A DNA stretch of 64,000 nt, taken from assembly GCA_001724265.1 (NCBI GenBank), contig MEDY01000058.1, positions 1 through 64,000 of the forward strand, written 5' to 3'. The notes under the pieces were generated by a model. That model searched no databases, was not told where the DNA came from, and was given only the letters and a program-made list of their open reading frames with translations. Shown here one piece after another: positions 46,870 to 60,500 of the stretch (its first letter is position 1; every line of letters starts with the position of its first letter). Source of the stretch: Rhizaria sp. SCN 62-66 (lineage: Eukaryota). Made by a program: the position numbers and the translations under genes.

Positions 46870-48078
46870 ATGTCGAACCAGCTCAAGCGCTCTTACAACG
46901 AAGCCTTTACGGCTGCGCCTTCCTCCGCCCTGCCCAACACCATCGGCGGCGGCAGCGGCAACGCGCACCACAGCGCCAGCCCATACCCGGCCGCGGCCTC
47001 AACCAACGCCGCCGCCGCGGCCTACAGCGGCGCTGCGTCCACCGGCTCCGTCTCGATCATCTCCTCGCACATCATCTCCCCACACATCACGTCGCCGCTG
47101 ATGACGGGCGGTGGCGCGGATGGCGCCCCCGCCACGGGCCCGGGCCCGGCGGCGACGCTGATGCCGCACTTCAGCTCCATTACACCGGTGTGCGCGCACT
47201 GCCGGTCGAACAAGGACGTATTCGAGGACACGACGCGCGGGTGCAACATCTGCTGCAACTGCGGGCGGCAGATCGGCGGTATGCTCGTCTCGGACGGCGC
47301 CGACTGGCGCGACGGCGGCAACGCCGACTCGGCGCAGGGCGATGACGCCTTCTACGGCACGCAGTCGGTGCACGCCGACGCGGCTGGCAACACGGTCCGC
47401 GCCATCGGCGCCACGCCCGAGCAGCGCATGGCGACCAACATCATGCACGTGCTGCGCAAGATGAGCAACAAGCTCAACGTGCCAGGGGTCGTGCTGCAGG
47501 AGGCTGAGCGGCTGAGCCGGATCGTCGTCAGCGCGCCCGCCGAGGAGCGTGGCAAAGCCGTCAAAGCCGACTCGATGGCCGCGGCGTGCATGAAGCGCGC
47601 GGGCGAAAATAAGGGCATCGGGCTTGAGCGCTCGAGCATCATCGCCGCGTCCGAGGTCACTGAAAAGGCGTACAACAAGCAGACCTCGCGGCTGGCGACA
47701 ATCCTGGGCAAGTACGACCCGCAGGCGCGCTCGCGGCTCGATGCGGACCCCGCTGCCGTGGGCTTCGTCGAGCGCTACTGCAACCAGCTGGGGCTGCTGC
47801 CCGAGATCGCGGTCAACGCCAAGAACCTGATCCGTACGGCCAAGCAGCGCGACGTGTGCGCGTCTGCGCAGCCGCAAAACTACGCGGCTGCCGCGGTCTA
47901 CCTGCTCACGCGCGTGCGCGGGCTGCCCGGGATTACGCTGGACCGTGTGGCCAAGATGTGCGAGGCGAGCGTCGAGACGCTGCGCAAGATCGCCGTCGAG
48001 CTGTACAACCACCGCATGGCCGTCGTGCCGGGCGAGTTTGCGCCCGCCGCTGTGCTCGAGCAGATGCCCAGGCCCTAA
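46870..48078 (+). CDS. TFIIB: Transcription initiation factor IIB family protein
   Basis: Zinc ribbon CAHC..GCNICCNCG, DWR B-reader remnant and two cyclin-fold repeats (KMSNKLNVP..AAACM; FVERYCNQLGL..PQNYAAAAVYL). TAA stop. Confidence 0.88.
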   Translation: MSNQLKRSYNEAFTAAPSSALPNTIGGGSGNAHHSASPYPAAASTNAAAAAYSGAASTGSVSIISSHIISPHITSPLMTGGGADGAPATGPGPAATLMPHFSSITPVCAHCRSNKDVFEDTTRGCNICCNCGRQIGGMLVSDGADWRDGGNADSAQGDDAFYGTQSVHADAAGNTVRAIGATPEQRMATNIMHVLRKMSNKLNVPGVVLQEAERLSRIVVSAPAEERGKAVKADSMAAACMKRAGENKGIGLERSSIIAASEVTEKAYNKQTSRLATILGKYDPQARSRLDADPAAVGFVERYCNQLGLLPEIAVNAKNLIRTAKQRDVCASAQPQNYAAAAVYLLTRVRGLPGITLDRVAKMCEASVETLRKIAVELYNHRMAVVPGEFAPAAVLEQMPRP

Positions 48079-48579
48079 AGGGACGGCGCAGGGCGACATA
48101 GCAGCGACGGCGGCAAGTGAGGTAAGGAAGACGATGGGGGAAATCCCCCCCAAAAAAAGACGAAAATGATCGCTCTGTTTCAATCGTTATTGTAAACAAA
48201 TGTCCTCCTGTTTGAGGACCATCCAAGGTTTTTGTGCTTGGTAGATTTAGGATTATTAATATTCATCTGAAAGCCTCTAAATACATATACACTACTATTT
48301 AAAACATTCTGAAGACATCTATGATGATGACTTCTGAATTTAAATATGAAACACGGACGGTAAGCTGCCCAACTCTCGACTACTTGTACCATGAACTTAG
48401 ATGGGAATAACAAAGCCAAAAAACGAGAACATCATGTGGTGAAATAATAAACTGTGTATTTATGTAGAAAAATAACTATTTGATAACATATTTAACAATT
48501 ATAGATAGAACCCGCATTGTTACCAAGATATCTTCAATAAAGTGTCCACACCTCAAGAGTCGTCTTGTCAGACAGGAAC

Positions 48580-51500
48580 TCAGACGTGGGGAATGGCAAG
48601 CGCAGCCAGCTGAGCCGCAATGGACGCGACAAGCGGCGCGGCAGCAAAACGTGCCGCTTCTGCGGCCGCAGCCGCGTCCTGCTGCTGATGCTGCTGCTGC
48701 ATCTGCAGTTGCTGCTGTTGCTGCTGGAGGGAAGGTGAGGGACACGCGAGCGCCGGAGTTGCCCCAAGCGGAATCGAGGGGGGCCACTCACTGCCGACGC
48801 CGCTATACGCACCGGCACTCGCGCCACCAGCGCCCGCAGCAGTGGCAACAGCAGGATTAGCGGCCGAATGACTGTGACTGTGCACAGTAGCGTTGCTTTG
48901 CTCACGGGCACGGTCACGACCGTGCTGCTCACGGTCCCAGCTGCGCACGGGCACGGTCGCCGGGACAGAGCCCAGCGTGGCCGCCGCCACCGCAGCAGCA
49001 GCCGCCACCGCCGTCGCGGCCGCCTCGGCCTCAGCCTCCGCACCAGCCGCCTTAGAGTGACCGTGAGCAGCGACTGCCGCGGCGGAGTGATTGTGAGCGG
49101 GCGCGGTGAAGCCCGCGGTGCCGTGCGGGCGGGAGCGCGGGGGCAGCGCGATGCGCGCCACCGCGGCGGCCGCGGCAGCGGCGGCGGCGGCGGCCTCGCG
49201 CTGCGCCTCGAGCTGCTGCTGGGACAAGGCGGCGGACTGCGACTGCGCCTCGGGGTGGGGTCGGCGACTGGCGTCCAGGCCAGAACCAGAGCTCTTGGCC
49301 TTGGCCGCGAGCTGCAGCTGCGACGAAAGCGCTGTCACACTGTTCTCGTTGGTGACCGCGTTACCGCTGCGGGCGGCGCTGTAGCTGCTCCTGGCGCTAT
49401 TGATGCTGTGTGTGCTGGCATTGTGGGCATCATACACACCGTCATCATCACCGCCCTCTTGCTCAGCGAAACTTCCGCGGTTCGAACTGTGGAGGGCGAG
49501 ACTCGTCTTCGCGTTGCCGCTCCCGCCGCTCTCAGCGCCGTCGGCGTCGGCGTCCAGTCCCGGCGCGAACTTTTCGCGGCGCGCGCGCACGCGCTCAGTC
49601 GTCTCGCTGAGGTGGCGCTGGCGCCGTACCTCAGCGCGCGCCCCCGCGGCGCCCGCGCGCGCGGCCGTCAGGGCGGCCCGGTGCGCGCGCGCCGCCGCAG
49701 CCACGACCGCGGGGTGCACCGTCACACCAGGCGGCAGCGACGCGGTCGGCGGCTGCGAGTGGCCGTAGGTACCCGCTGAGTCGGCATTGCCATCGCTGTC
49801 GCCGCCGTGGGTTGTGAGGGGAAGCATAAAGGGCAAACTCGCGCTCGCACTCGCGCCATCGCCGCCGCCGCCGCTACTCGCCGCAGCGGCGGCCGTGGTG
49901 GCCTGGAGCTCGGCGATCGCGGTGCGCACGCGCTGGCGCACAAAATCAAGCCGCATCTGCTCCTCCTCGCACCGCTGCAGCAAACTCATCCCAGCGCCAG
50001 CGCCAGTGTGGCCAGACTTGCTCTTGCTGGGCGAGGTGCCGTTGACGAACGCGCCGGTGTAGGCGCCCGTGGCAGCGTCGTAGGTGCCTGCGTTGACGAT
50101 CTTGGTCGAGACGCCGTCCCAGCCGCGCAGCCCGCGGTCCCGGTGGACGTCGCCAGCCGCTATCGGTACCGCGCTCTGCGTTATGGCCGCAGGGCCGGCG
50201 AGGAAGCGCGGGGCCGCTACGGACCACAGCGGGGGCGCGCCGCCGCCACAAGCAGCGCCCACGGTCGCAGCGCCGGCGGAGGAGTGACCGTGGGCGTGAC
50301 CGTGGGCGCGGGCGGTGAGGGGGCGGCGGGGAGACTGTGCGCGCGGCGGCGAGCGCGACCGGGGGCGCAGACCGTCAGCGTGAGGAGTCAAGGCGAGAGT
50401 GAAGGCGTTCTGGTTTGTACTCTCATCCCCAGTCATACTATCACTAGCGCTCGCGTTGATGCTGTTCGCGGCGTTGGTGCTGGCTTCGTTGAAGGCAGCC
50501 GCTGTCGCCGCAACAGCCGCCGCAGCCGCCGTGGCCGCTTCAGCGGCGGAGGCGACGGAGGCGTAGTTGGGGGCCGCGGTGGCCGAGCGGCTGAGCTGGG
50601 CCACCTGGCGGGCGAAGGCCTCCGCAGACCGGGGGCTCACTGAAAGCGAGAAAACAAGAAAACAAATAGAGAGAGAGAAGAATTGGGTGAGTTACGTACA
50701 GTTCAGATATCGTTGTGCATGCAAGATAGAATTGGTTTTCCCGTCAAAGTGTCATTTCAGTGCGTTTGATAGACGTACCAGGCTGCGCGGGCGCAGCGTT
50801 GACGCTTGACGCCATCGAGCCGCTGCCGCTGCCGGCGGCCGTCGCACCCGCCAGCGCGCTGGACAGGGGCAGAGTGAGCGACAGCCGGCTCAGCGCACGC
50901 GACGGGCTGCGTGCAACGGTGGGCGACAGCGACCGCGGGGCGCTCGCACCGCCGACGCTGCTGCCGCCGACGGTCATCTGCGTCGCCGACGGGTCGCCGG
51001 TCGCGCGGGCGCTGTCGGTGTTGGCGGCGTTGGCGGGGGGAGGGATCGGGGCGAGGGCGCGCGCGGTGGCCAGCGTGCTCGCCAGCCGCGCCTATGCGCC
51101 CCGTCTCACGCTCATATTCGCACCGACGTTAGCGCCGGCGCCACTGCGGCTCTTGCTGCCGTCGGCGACAGTGCCGGCGTTGTTGCTGTTGTCCGCAGCC
51201 GCGGCGGCGGCCACCAGCGCTGTCGCCAGCGCGTTCGCCGCCGCCGAGCTGCCCGCCGCGCTGCCGACGCTGCCCCCGGGGCCCGGCGAGGGCAGCAAGT
51301 GCGCGATCGCGGCCAGCGGTGAGAACACGATTCCAGGCACGCCGCCAGAGCCCTGCGTCAGACTCTCGCTCTGGCCCTGTGCCTGGCCGTGGGCGCGAGA
51401 AGGCGCCAGGTTGCTGTGCAGCGCCGCGATAAGCGACGTGACAGTCTCGGCGCGGGCTACGTCCTGCGCGCGCGCCTCGGCGCCGCTGACGCCGCCGCCG

Positions 51501-54500
51501 CCGCCATTCCCGCGGCCAGAGACGCCCGGGGCGCCGGCGCGAGTAGAGGCCGCGTCGGCAGAGTCACCTGCACTGGCTGTGCTGTTGCTGCCGGTGTCCC
51601 TGCCCCTGTGCGCCGCCTGCAACGCGAGCTTATGCGCAGGCGCGTGCACAAAGGCGGGCGCGACGAAGGGCCGGTGCGAGCCCTGCACGGGGATCGTGAC
51701 CTCGCGGTGCATCAGCGTCTGCGAGTTGAACGCGGCGCTGACTTTGCCGACCCGGCGCAACGCCACTGCGCGCGCGACGCCGCGGCCCACGCGCACCGAC
51801 GGCAGCAGCGGCGCCGAGTAGCCGTCGCCCGCGGGCGGCAGCGGCAGCGCGCGGGCGCGGGCGGCGAGCGCGCGCGCGGTCGGCGCCGCGGCTGCCAGCG
51901 CGGGCGCCGCGGCCCAGGCGAGCACAACGGCGCAGGAAGAGAAGGACGGGCAGCCTGCGCGGCGGCCGCAGTAGTCACACAGCGCCCCGCCCGCGGCGGC
52001 CGCGGCGGCGGTGCCCGCTGCGGCGTCGGCCTCGGTGTCCTCAGCGTCGGCGTCCCAGGCCCCGTCGTCATCGTCGGCGTACACAGCGGGCGCGGGCGTC
52101 ATCAGCAGCGCGCGCGAGGCCTGCAACGGACCCTGCAGTGGCGGCGGCAGCAGCGTCAGGAGCGTCGCCGCAGCGGTGACGGCCGCGTGCTGCACTGCGG
52201 CGTTGCCGCCGTCGTCGCCCGCATCTGCGTTAGCTGCAGCTGCGACGGTGGTGCCGAGCACCATGGCGTCGTTGGCGGCCGTGGTCGCCGCGGTGACCGA
52301 CTGCGACAGCGGCTGCGGCGGGGCCGGCCACCGGGGCAGTCTCCCGCCCGCGCTACCCATAGAACTGCTCACGACAACAGTGCCCGCGGCAGAGGCGCGC
52401 GCGGAAGTTTGGCCGCCTGCCGCGTAAGTCAGGCCGCCCCCGCCGGCCGCCGCCGAGAGAGTCGGCGTCGCGGTGCGCGTTACGGCGACGACGTGCGCGT
52501 TTCTCACACTCGAGCCGCTAGTGGCACTAGGGCTGCCGTTGCCGTGGATGGCGGGAGTCGGCAGCGGCAGATGCGGCGGGAACGGCGACTGCGGCGGCAA
52601 TGGGGGCCGGCCGCCGCCACCGCCGCCCACGACGGCCGTGGTCGCGACGGAGGTGGCCGAGCGGGTGATCTTGCTCGCCACAGGCTTGGGGGCCGCGATG
52701 TGGCTCGCACTCGATTGACCGTGAGCAGCAGCGGAGTGACCATAGGCAGCGGGGTGGGGCCCCGGCGTGGGAGTCGGAGTCGGCCGCTGGCTCTGGCTGT
52801 ATCTCTGCGCGCCCGCGGGCCCTCTTGCAGCGGCAGCAGCGTTGGCAGAGGCGGATGTTGCGCTGTTCGCGGTGGGGGTCGGAGTGGCCGAGCTCACCGT
52901 CACCATGAGTCCCGCTGCACCGCCCGTGTTGCCATGGCCATTCCCACCCGCAGCAACAGCAGCACGAGCGCTATCATCGCTGTAGCTAGAATACCCGCTG
53001 CCGCTGTTGGCGGATGTCGTCGCGGCCGAGAACACCGCGGCGGCCTCGAGCAGCATCGGCGCGGCGCAGTCGAGCAGGCGCGCCTCGGCCACGGTCGGCG
53101 GCGGCGGGGCGGGCACTGCGCCGCTCACAGGCGCGCTGCCCCCAGTCGCCGCGCCGCCAATGCCGCCAGCGGGGCCACTGCTGCTGTTACTGCTGCTGCT
53201 GGAGCTGCCGTTGCCGGTGTAGAGCACGGCGTCGTTCATGACCGCGCTGCCGCTCGTGTTAACGGTCGAGATGAGCGAAAGCACCGGCGACCCGGCGCCG
53301 GCGCGCGCCAGAGCCCACTCGCGCAGCGCGAGCATCACGGCCAGCGCGCGCGGGCTGCGCCGGCGACGCCACAGCGCGGCCGCCGTGGCCACCGCGGCCG
53401 CGGCGTGGCGCGCGCTTGTCTGCACGCGGGCCAGAGCGGCGCGGCGCAGGCGGGCCGCGGCCTCCGCCGCCTCCGCTTCGGCCACACTCGCGCACACGCT
53501 CTGACTCAGATTCAGACTCAGACTCGCACTCGAATCGGGACTCGTGCCGAGGATGCCGGACGCGGCCGCGGATGCAGGCGCGGGGGGCGGGGGAGGCGGC
53601 GGCAGAACGAGCCAGTCTGTCTCCGCAAGGGCGACGCAGGCGCGGACGTGCCAGTCGAGCCAGGTGGCGGCGATGACGGCGTCCTCCGCGTGCGACAGCG
53701 TGCCCGCGCCCAGCATCAGCACCGTCACGGTGCCGGGACCAATAAATCCGGCAGCGACGCCCGCACCAGCCGCAGAGGCAGAGCCAGAGCCCGTGCTTGC
53801 GGCCCCCTGCCCGTTGCTGTGTCCGTGGTTCGGAGTGCTGGCGCTGGTGGGGATGTCGTAAGAATGCGCGTGCAAGTAAGGGTGACTGTGCGCGGGCACG
53901 AGCAGCTGCCCGCTGTTGCTGCCCACGGCCGGAGCCAAACTGCTGGTGGCAGCACTCGCGCTCGCATTCGCGGTGATGTAGGCCGTGCTGACATGGCCCA
54001 TCGCGCTCACGCTGGGGCCGATGCCCATGCGGCTCGGCATCCGGCTCACAGACTGGTGATGACCGTAGCCGTGACCGTAGCCGTGAACGTAGCCGTGGCT
54101 GTGACCGTGGGCAGCAGGCACAGGGAAGTGGCCGTGGCCGTGACCGTGGGCGGACAGGTTGCTGTGGCTGGAGTAGTGCGCGGCGTGGCCGTGGGGCATG
54201 CTCAGCGCTGGCGTGCCCAGCGCTGGTGTGGCCGGCGCCGGCGTCGGCCGCGCGATCAGAGACCGCGCGTTGCTCACCGCGGAGTCCGTGCTCTGGCTTG
54301 CAGCTGCGCTGTTAGCGGAGCTGCGATTGCTGTAACCGCTCCCAACACTCCCTCCGGCAGTCGCGGTGCCGTGCGCGCTGGTCTGGCTGCGGATAGCGCT
54401 GGCGCTGATGGCGGGGCAGGGGTGGCGCTGCGTGAGACCGTGGATGAGGCGCCACGCCAGCGCCGGCGACGGCAGCGCGCTCGCCAGCAGCAGCTCGTGG

Positions 54501-57500
54501 TCGCCGCCGCCGCCACCCCCTCTCGGAGCGGCGAGCCCCGCTCCGCCCTTGGTGCCGCCGGCGGAGGCCGAGAGGGCCGTGGCGGCGGAGGGCAGCACGG
54601 AGAGCTTGGCCCAGACCGAGTGCTGGCCCAGCAGCTCGAGGTGCAGCGGCAGCAGCACGGGGGCGCGCCACGAGACCGACGACATGCCCACGATCACTTC
54701 GACGGGCTTGTCAGCAGTCGCCGGTGCAGAGTTCGCACCGTCTTCGCGGTTGTCGTCACTGGCTGAGCTGCCACTGTTCCTGTTGCTGTTGTTGTGGCTG
54801 TGCGCGAGCGAAAGCGACGACGGCAGCGACAAGCCGGCTGCAAACACTGGCAGCGGCCTGCTGCCCGACACCAGCGGCATCGCCAGCGACTTCGCCGCAC
54901 TCGCCACCGCAATTTGACTGCAGCCAGCACTGGTTGCACCGTGCTGTTGTTGCTTTGCAGTGCTTCCGAGCCCGATCGAGGCCGCGGCGCCCGAGAGCGC
55001 GATGATGACCGCTGCTGCGACGCGCGGCGGCAGAGCCACTGCGCGCGCGGCGGCCGCCGCGGCGGGTGACGGGTGTCGCGGCCACCGGGCCGTGGGCTCG
55101 GGCCGGTACCAGTCGCCCTCGCCCACAGCCCCCGCGCTCGCACTCGCACTGGAGCTCGAGTGCGAGCCGGCGCGGTGCCGCAGCCGCAGCGCACGCTCTG
55201 CGGGCGCGACGGCAAAGAGCGCGGTGGCGAGCGCGGCGAGCGCGAGGCGGCGCGGGCGCGCGGCGGCCGCGGCGGGCGCCAGGGCCATCGCGCGCGTGGC
55301 GCAAGACAGCGCGAGCGCGGTCAGCAGCGTCGGGGAGAGGCTGGGAGCCGCGGCCAGGGCGCAGCGCAAAGAGCAGGGGAGCCGCGCGGGCGTGCTGGTA
55401 CCGCTCGGTTTAGCGGCCGCAGACGCAGGCGTGCGCGAGGTGGAGTTCTTGTTGCTGTTGTTCGTGCTGCTGTTGTTTGCGCAGAGAAGGCAGCGGCCGG
55501 TTGTGGGGTCTTCAAGCTCGGAGTAGTCTTCCCAGACGTCGTCTTCCGCATCCTCACTGTCTTCTGCCTCTTGATAGTCGCTGTCGTCGTCCTCGTCAGT
55601 GGGATTGTCCGCGGGCACACTGCCACCCGCAGCAAGGAACGCAGACTCTGAGAACATTGAGAGCACTTTGGCCTCGATCTTACAAAGCGCAATGTCCGTC
55701 TCACTCATGACAGCCTCGGGCTCAATGAAGGTGTCGGATCCAAGCGGGCCGCTATGGCCGTTCACGTTGCTCTGGTGCGCGCTATTGTTGCTGTTAAGCA
55801 AGAAAGGCGAGAGTTCGCCCTTGTCATACTCGTCTTCCTCCTCCTCCTCGTCGTCATCGTGATCATCCTCATCGCCGTTGCCCTCCTCCTCGTCCTCGTC
55901 GTCCTCAGGGTCATAAGACCCGCGCCTGCGCAGCACCATCGCCCGCGCCCTACCGCCGCCGCCGCCGGTGCCGCGATGGTGCTGCTGCCGCTGCTGCTCG
56001 CGGACGCGCGGCTGCGGCAACACCACCGCGTTCACACCGCCGGCCCCCGCCGCGTTAGTATGGGCGGGGTGGGACGCGGCGGGGCGGCGCACGGGTGGCG
56101 CGGGCGGGCGCGGGCGGGCGAGCGAGGCAACGAGCACGGCCGCGGGACCCTCTGGCGCGCTGGCCGCGGCGAGACACAGATCGCCGATGTCGCAGAGGGC
56201 GCAGGCGACGAGCACGGCCGCAGACGTCGTCGCCGTCTCCGCCTCGCTCGCATTAGCACTGGCGCCCGCGTTGCCGCTAGCGGCAGCGGCGTCGACGTCA
56301 CTGCCAAGCCCCGTCGCAGTGGTCGTATAGTTCGCGCCGCCACTGCTGCCGGCGAGCGCGTTGCCGCCGAGGTCCGGAGGCAGCGAGCCCGTCGCCGCGG
56401 CGGCCGCGACCTGCGCCAGCGCCTCGGTGAGCCCGCGCGCTGTGAGCGGGGCAGGCACGGCGACGGAGCCGTCCGCACCCAGCGCCGGCGGCGGCAGCGA
56501 CAGCGCCAAACACGCCGCCGTGAGCAGCCAGGGCTGCGAGCCCTCGGGCTGGTGCACCGTCACGCGCGCGCTGAGTGCCGCCTTAGAGTCGCCACTGAGT
56601 GTCTCCTTAGAGGCATCGCTATGTGTCCTATGAGACCCAGGTTTTGACTCAGAGTGCTTCGTGAGGAGGGACACGGCGGGGCTGCGCGAGTGCAGCATAA
56701 AAGGCGAACACAGAGTACTCTGAGCGATGCCGCAGCTGTTGTCGACTGTGCACTGGGTAAACACGCCCGTGAGCGCGGACAGCGGCAGCTCGAATCCACC
56801 GCCCAGCCGCAGCGCCTTGGCCATGCCGCCCCAGCTGCCGCCGCCGGTCACCGCGCCGTTCGCGTCGCCGCTGTTGTTGCTGCTGCTCGTGTTGCGGAGC
56901 AGGCCGCCTGCGACGGCGGCGGCGGCGGCACCCGCAGCGGCTGCGGCAGCGGAGGCGGCCACGCGGGCCGCGGTGACGGCGGCGGCGGGGCAGTCTAAGG
57001 GGGTGTCCGGGGCGAGTAAGTAGGACCGGCCGGCAGCCGCGACAACGCTGCCATGCGAGCACGCAACATTATTCGCACCGATATTACTGTTACCGTTGCT
57101 GTTCGCGCCGTTGCTGTGGCTGTAGCTGTGCGTGTGGGCATGGCTGTTATTGTGGTTGTTGTTGTTATTGTTGTTGGACTTGGCCAGCGCAGTCGCAGCG
57201 GTGACGCCGGTGACCGTGAGCAGAGGTGCTGCTACCGCAGACGCGGGCACCGCTATCTCACAGTCACTGCAACCGTGACTGTGACGGCAATAGTAAAGAA
57301 GCGGGGAGAGCGGCAGCGGCAGCGGCGGGGGCGCGCGGGGCCAGGCCGAGAGCGCGACGGGGGCGACGGCCGAGTCGAGCCAGAGCCGCGCGCCGACGCC
57401 CGCGGCCCCGACGGCGGAACTCGCACCCACGCTCGCAGTAGCAGAGCTACTTCCAGTTGAAGACGCTCCAGGGCTCTTCATGCTGATGCTCTTGCGTCGA

Positions 57501-60500
57501 CTGATTGCGTTCGCGTGGCCGCTGCTGTTGCTGCCGATAGAGTCAGTCGTGGGCAGGTCACCGCCGGCGGAGCACGCAACCGCGGCGGCCGCTGTCGCCG
57601 CCGCCACGGCCGCGGCCGCCGCGGCGTGCCGGTGGGCCAGCGCAGACGCAGCGACCGCGGCGTCGGCCAGCTCGGCGGCCGCGGCGAGATGAGGCGCAAT
57701 GCGGCGCCTCCGCTGCGACTGCTGCTGGTTGTTGTCTTTGTTCGCCGCCGCAGTCGCCGGCGAGCCAGCGCCCAGGCCAGTGTTGGAGTGCGTGCGCGCG
57801 TGGTGGCGGCCAACGCTTCCAGTGCGCCGGTGCTTGCCGGGACTGCTGCTGCTCGCGGCGTCGCCGCTGTCTTTGTCGTCATCGGCAGCGTTCTTGCGGT
57901 TGGCGTTGGCCTCGCTCTGCTCACGTCGGCGCGCAGTCTCCACAGTGTCGGCCTCAGCATCAACATCATCGTCAGCGGTCTTCTTACTGGCGTCGCTGCC
58001 GTCGCCGCCGTGCGCGGTGGCGAGCCTGCCCCGCGACCCCAGTCCCAGACTGAGCCCGCTGCCGCCGGCCGTGCTTGGCCCCGCGGCCCCGGGCGCGTAG
58101 ACTGCGAACGGCACAGCGCCCAGCGCCGCGCCCGCGGGAGACACGGTGCCCAACCCCACAAAGGCGAACGCGTCGTCCACGTCCGGCGGCGGCAGACGCG
58201 CCGGCGCGCGGTGCTGGCTCCGGGCCTGCAACTGCGACTGTTTGGGTGGCTGCGACGGTAATTGCGCCTGCGACTGGGCGCGCGCCCGCGCTGCGGCTGC
58301 GGCGGCCGCGGCGGCCTCCGCGGCGGCCTCGGCGGCGGAGGGAAACATGTCCGAAGCCGCGTGCGACCGTGGGCACACCGGCGGCAGCTCCAGCGTGCTC
58401 ACGCCCACGTCGCCCACGGTCACTTGACTTCCGAGGGCGAGCTTGGTGTTGACCATGAGCGTATTGGTGGGCGAGAAGAACGCCTGCTGGCGCGCATAAG
58501 CACTGCTGTAGCTCTGACCGCTGACGCTATTGCCACGGCTGTGCACGCCGCCACTGCCGCGCTTGTACGTCGCAGCACTGGAGCTCGGCTGACTGTTGTC
58601 GTTGTTGTTGCTGGCGGCGGCCGCGGGGTGGCTGGGGATGGGCGGCGTGAAGAAGTACAGCGAAGGGACGCGGCTGTGCGCAGAGAGCTGCGCCTGCGCT
58701 TGCGCCTGTAGCAACAGCGCCTGCGACCGCGAGTGAGTCGCGCTCGCGGTGTCCGCGTGCGCAGTGTCCGCGTGCGCAGCGTCCGTGTCGACTGTGAGCG
58801 TGAGAGGCGACCGGAGGCTTGCGACCGTGTCGGCAAACGTGTCAGCGTCAGTGTTGGTGTTGTTGTCAGCGGAGTCTTTTTCGCGAACATTGTTTTCATT
58901 GGTCGTGTGATTATCGTGGTAGGTCTTAGAGTCCTCGAACTCGCTCGTGTTCTCGTTGTGACTCTTTTCATTCGCAAAGTCATTGACATTGTCATCGTTC
59001 GTCCTGGCGTTCGCAGCTGAAGCATCACCGACGCTCTTTCGCTCACTCTCGTAGTCCGTCTTGCTCTCAAGGCCACGGCTCGCCAGCTGCGACTCCAGCA
59101 GCGCCTCTGCCTGCGCCTCTGTCTGCTCGTCATCACACAGTGCGACCGCGACAGTCACCGCCTGCGGCCGTGCGTGCCTGAGCGGCATCTCGGGCCCCAC
59201 GTGCGCCGGTCCCGGCACGCGCGCCGCGGCCTGCAGAGCGTACTCGGGCACCGCCGCCACGGCAGCCACGGCGGCGGACAGCGCGGAGGCGACCGAGCGG
59301 GGGTCCAGGCCGACCGTCGCGGCCACCGAGGCGGCGACGGTCGCGGGGGCAGACAGCTGCGCGGGGCATGAAGTTAGGCCGCCGTACGGGGAATTTAAGC
59401 CGCCGACAGAGCTGGAGCTCGGAGTGCGGCTATGGGCAGCCCCGCGGTGACCTCTATGGGGCGCGAACGGCGAGCGGCCGTGGGCACTGAGCAGGCCGAG
59501 GCTGTGACCCGCGCTGGCGCCCGCCGCGCTGCTCTGGCCCTGACTGTCGGTGTGGCTCGAGTGCGCGCTGTGGTTCGCCGCGGTTTGCGCCGAGTGGATG
59601 AAGAGGTAGGCCTGCCACGCAGCCCACGCGGCCTTGCGGCGGCGGGCCTGCGCGGGCTCCACTAAGGGGGTGCTCAAACTGGTCGCCTCAGCGTTGGCGG
59701 CGGACGACGAGGAACTTGCAGTAATCTCGTGACCCTCGTCCATGTGACTGTGTCGAGTGTCGCTCTGCGGCTGTGAACCGTCGCTGGAATAATTTTTCGC
59801 GTGCAGTGGCCGCGGCGAGGTCGCCACAGGAGTAGTTGCAGGCGCATAATATGCTATCGCGTCGCGGTGACTCTTCGTGTCTTTAGCAGCAGAGATTGGT
59901 TGAACGCGAGGAGTAGACGTCCCAGCAGTCGCAGAAGAAGCGACAGCGTCAGCCTCGTTCGCAGTCTTCGGAGCTGCGTAACTGCCAACAATGATATTCG
60001 AACGACCATTAGTCTCGGGCTTCGCAGGACTGCCCGCAGCAGCTGTGGGGAGATTGGTTGCATTCGTAGCATCGCTGTTAACCGCGGGGTCGGTTTGAGC
60101 TGCCGACGCCACGGTCTGCAACGGCGCACGAGCTGTAGCAGCGTGAGCGCTAGCACTGCCGTTTGATTGCGGCTCACCATTGGCAGCCATCTGTGCGCCG
60201 TCACCGCTGGCGGTGACTGACTGTGGGTCACCTGACTGTGCGCCGACTGCCTGTGCGTCGCCGCCGCTCAGTGACTGTGAGCGGCGCGCCACGTTTGCAT
60301 GCGCGGGCGATGCGGCTGGCAGGGGCGGCTGTCGTGCCGGCTTAGCTTTGCTCGGCGTGCGCACAGCCTCAGCAGCAGCCACGGTGTCATTCGCAATCTC
60401 AGCTTGGGTCTGGGTCTCGGTTGTGGTCGCAGCCACAGAGGGCGCGTCAGGCGCAGCTTTAGCGGCAAGCCCCGCAGCGGCCGCAAGAGGGGCCACAGGC

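Noticed and set aside
48134-48160. GGGGGA-AA-TCCCCC hairpin followed by an A run downstream of TFIIB
   Set aside because: Resembles a bacterial terminator, but the context is eukaryotic and a 6-bp homopolymer stem is likely chance.
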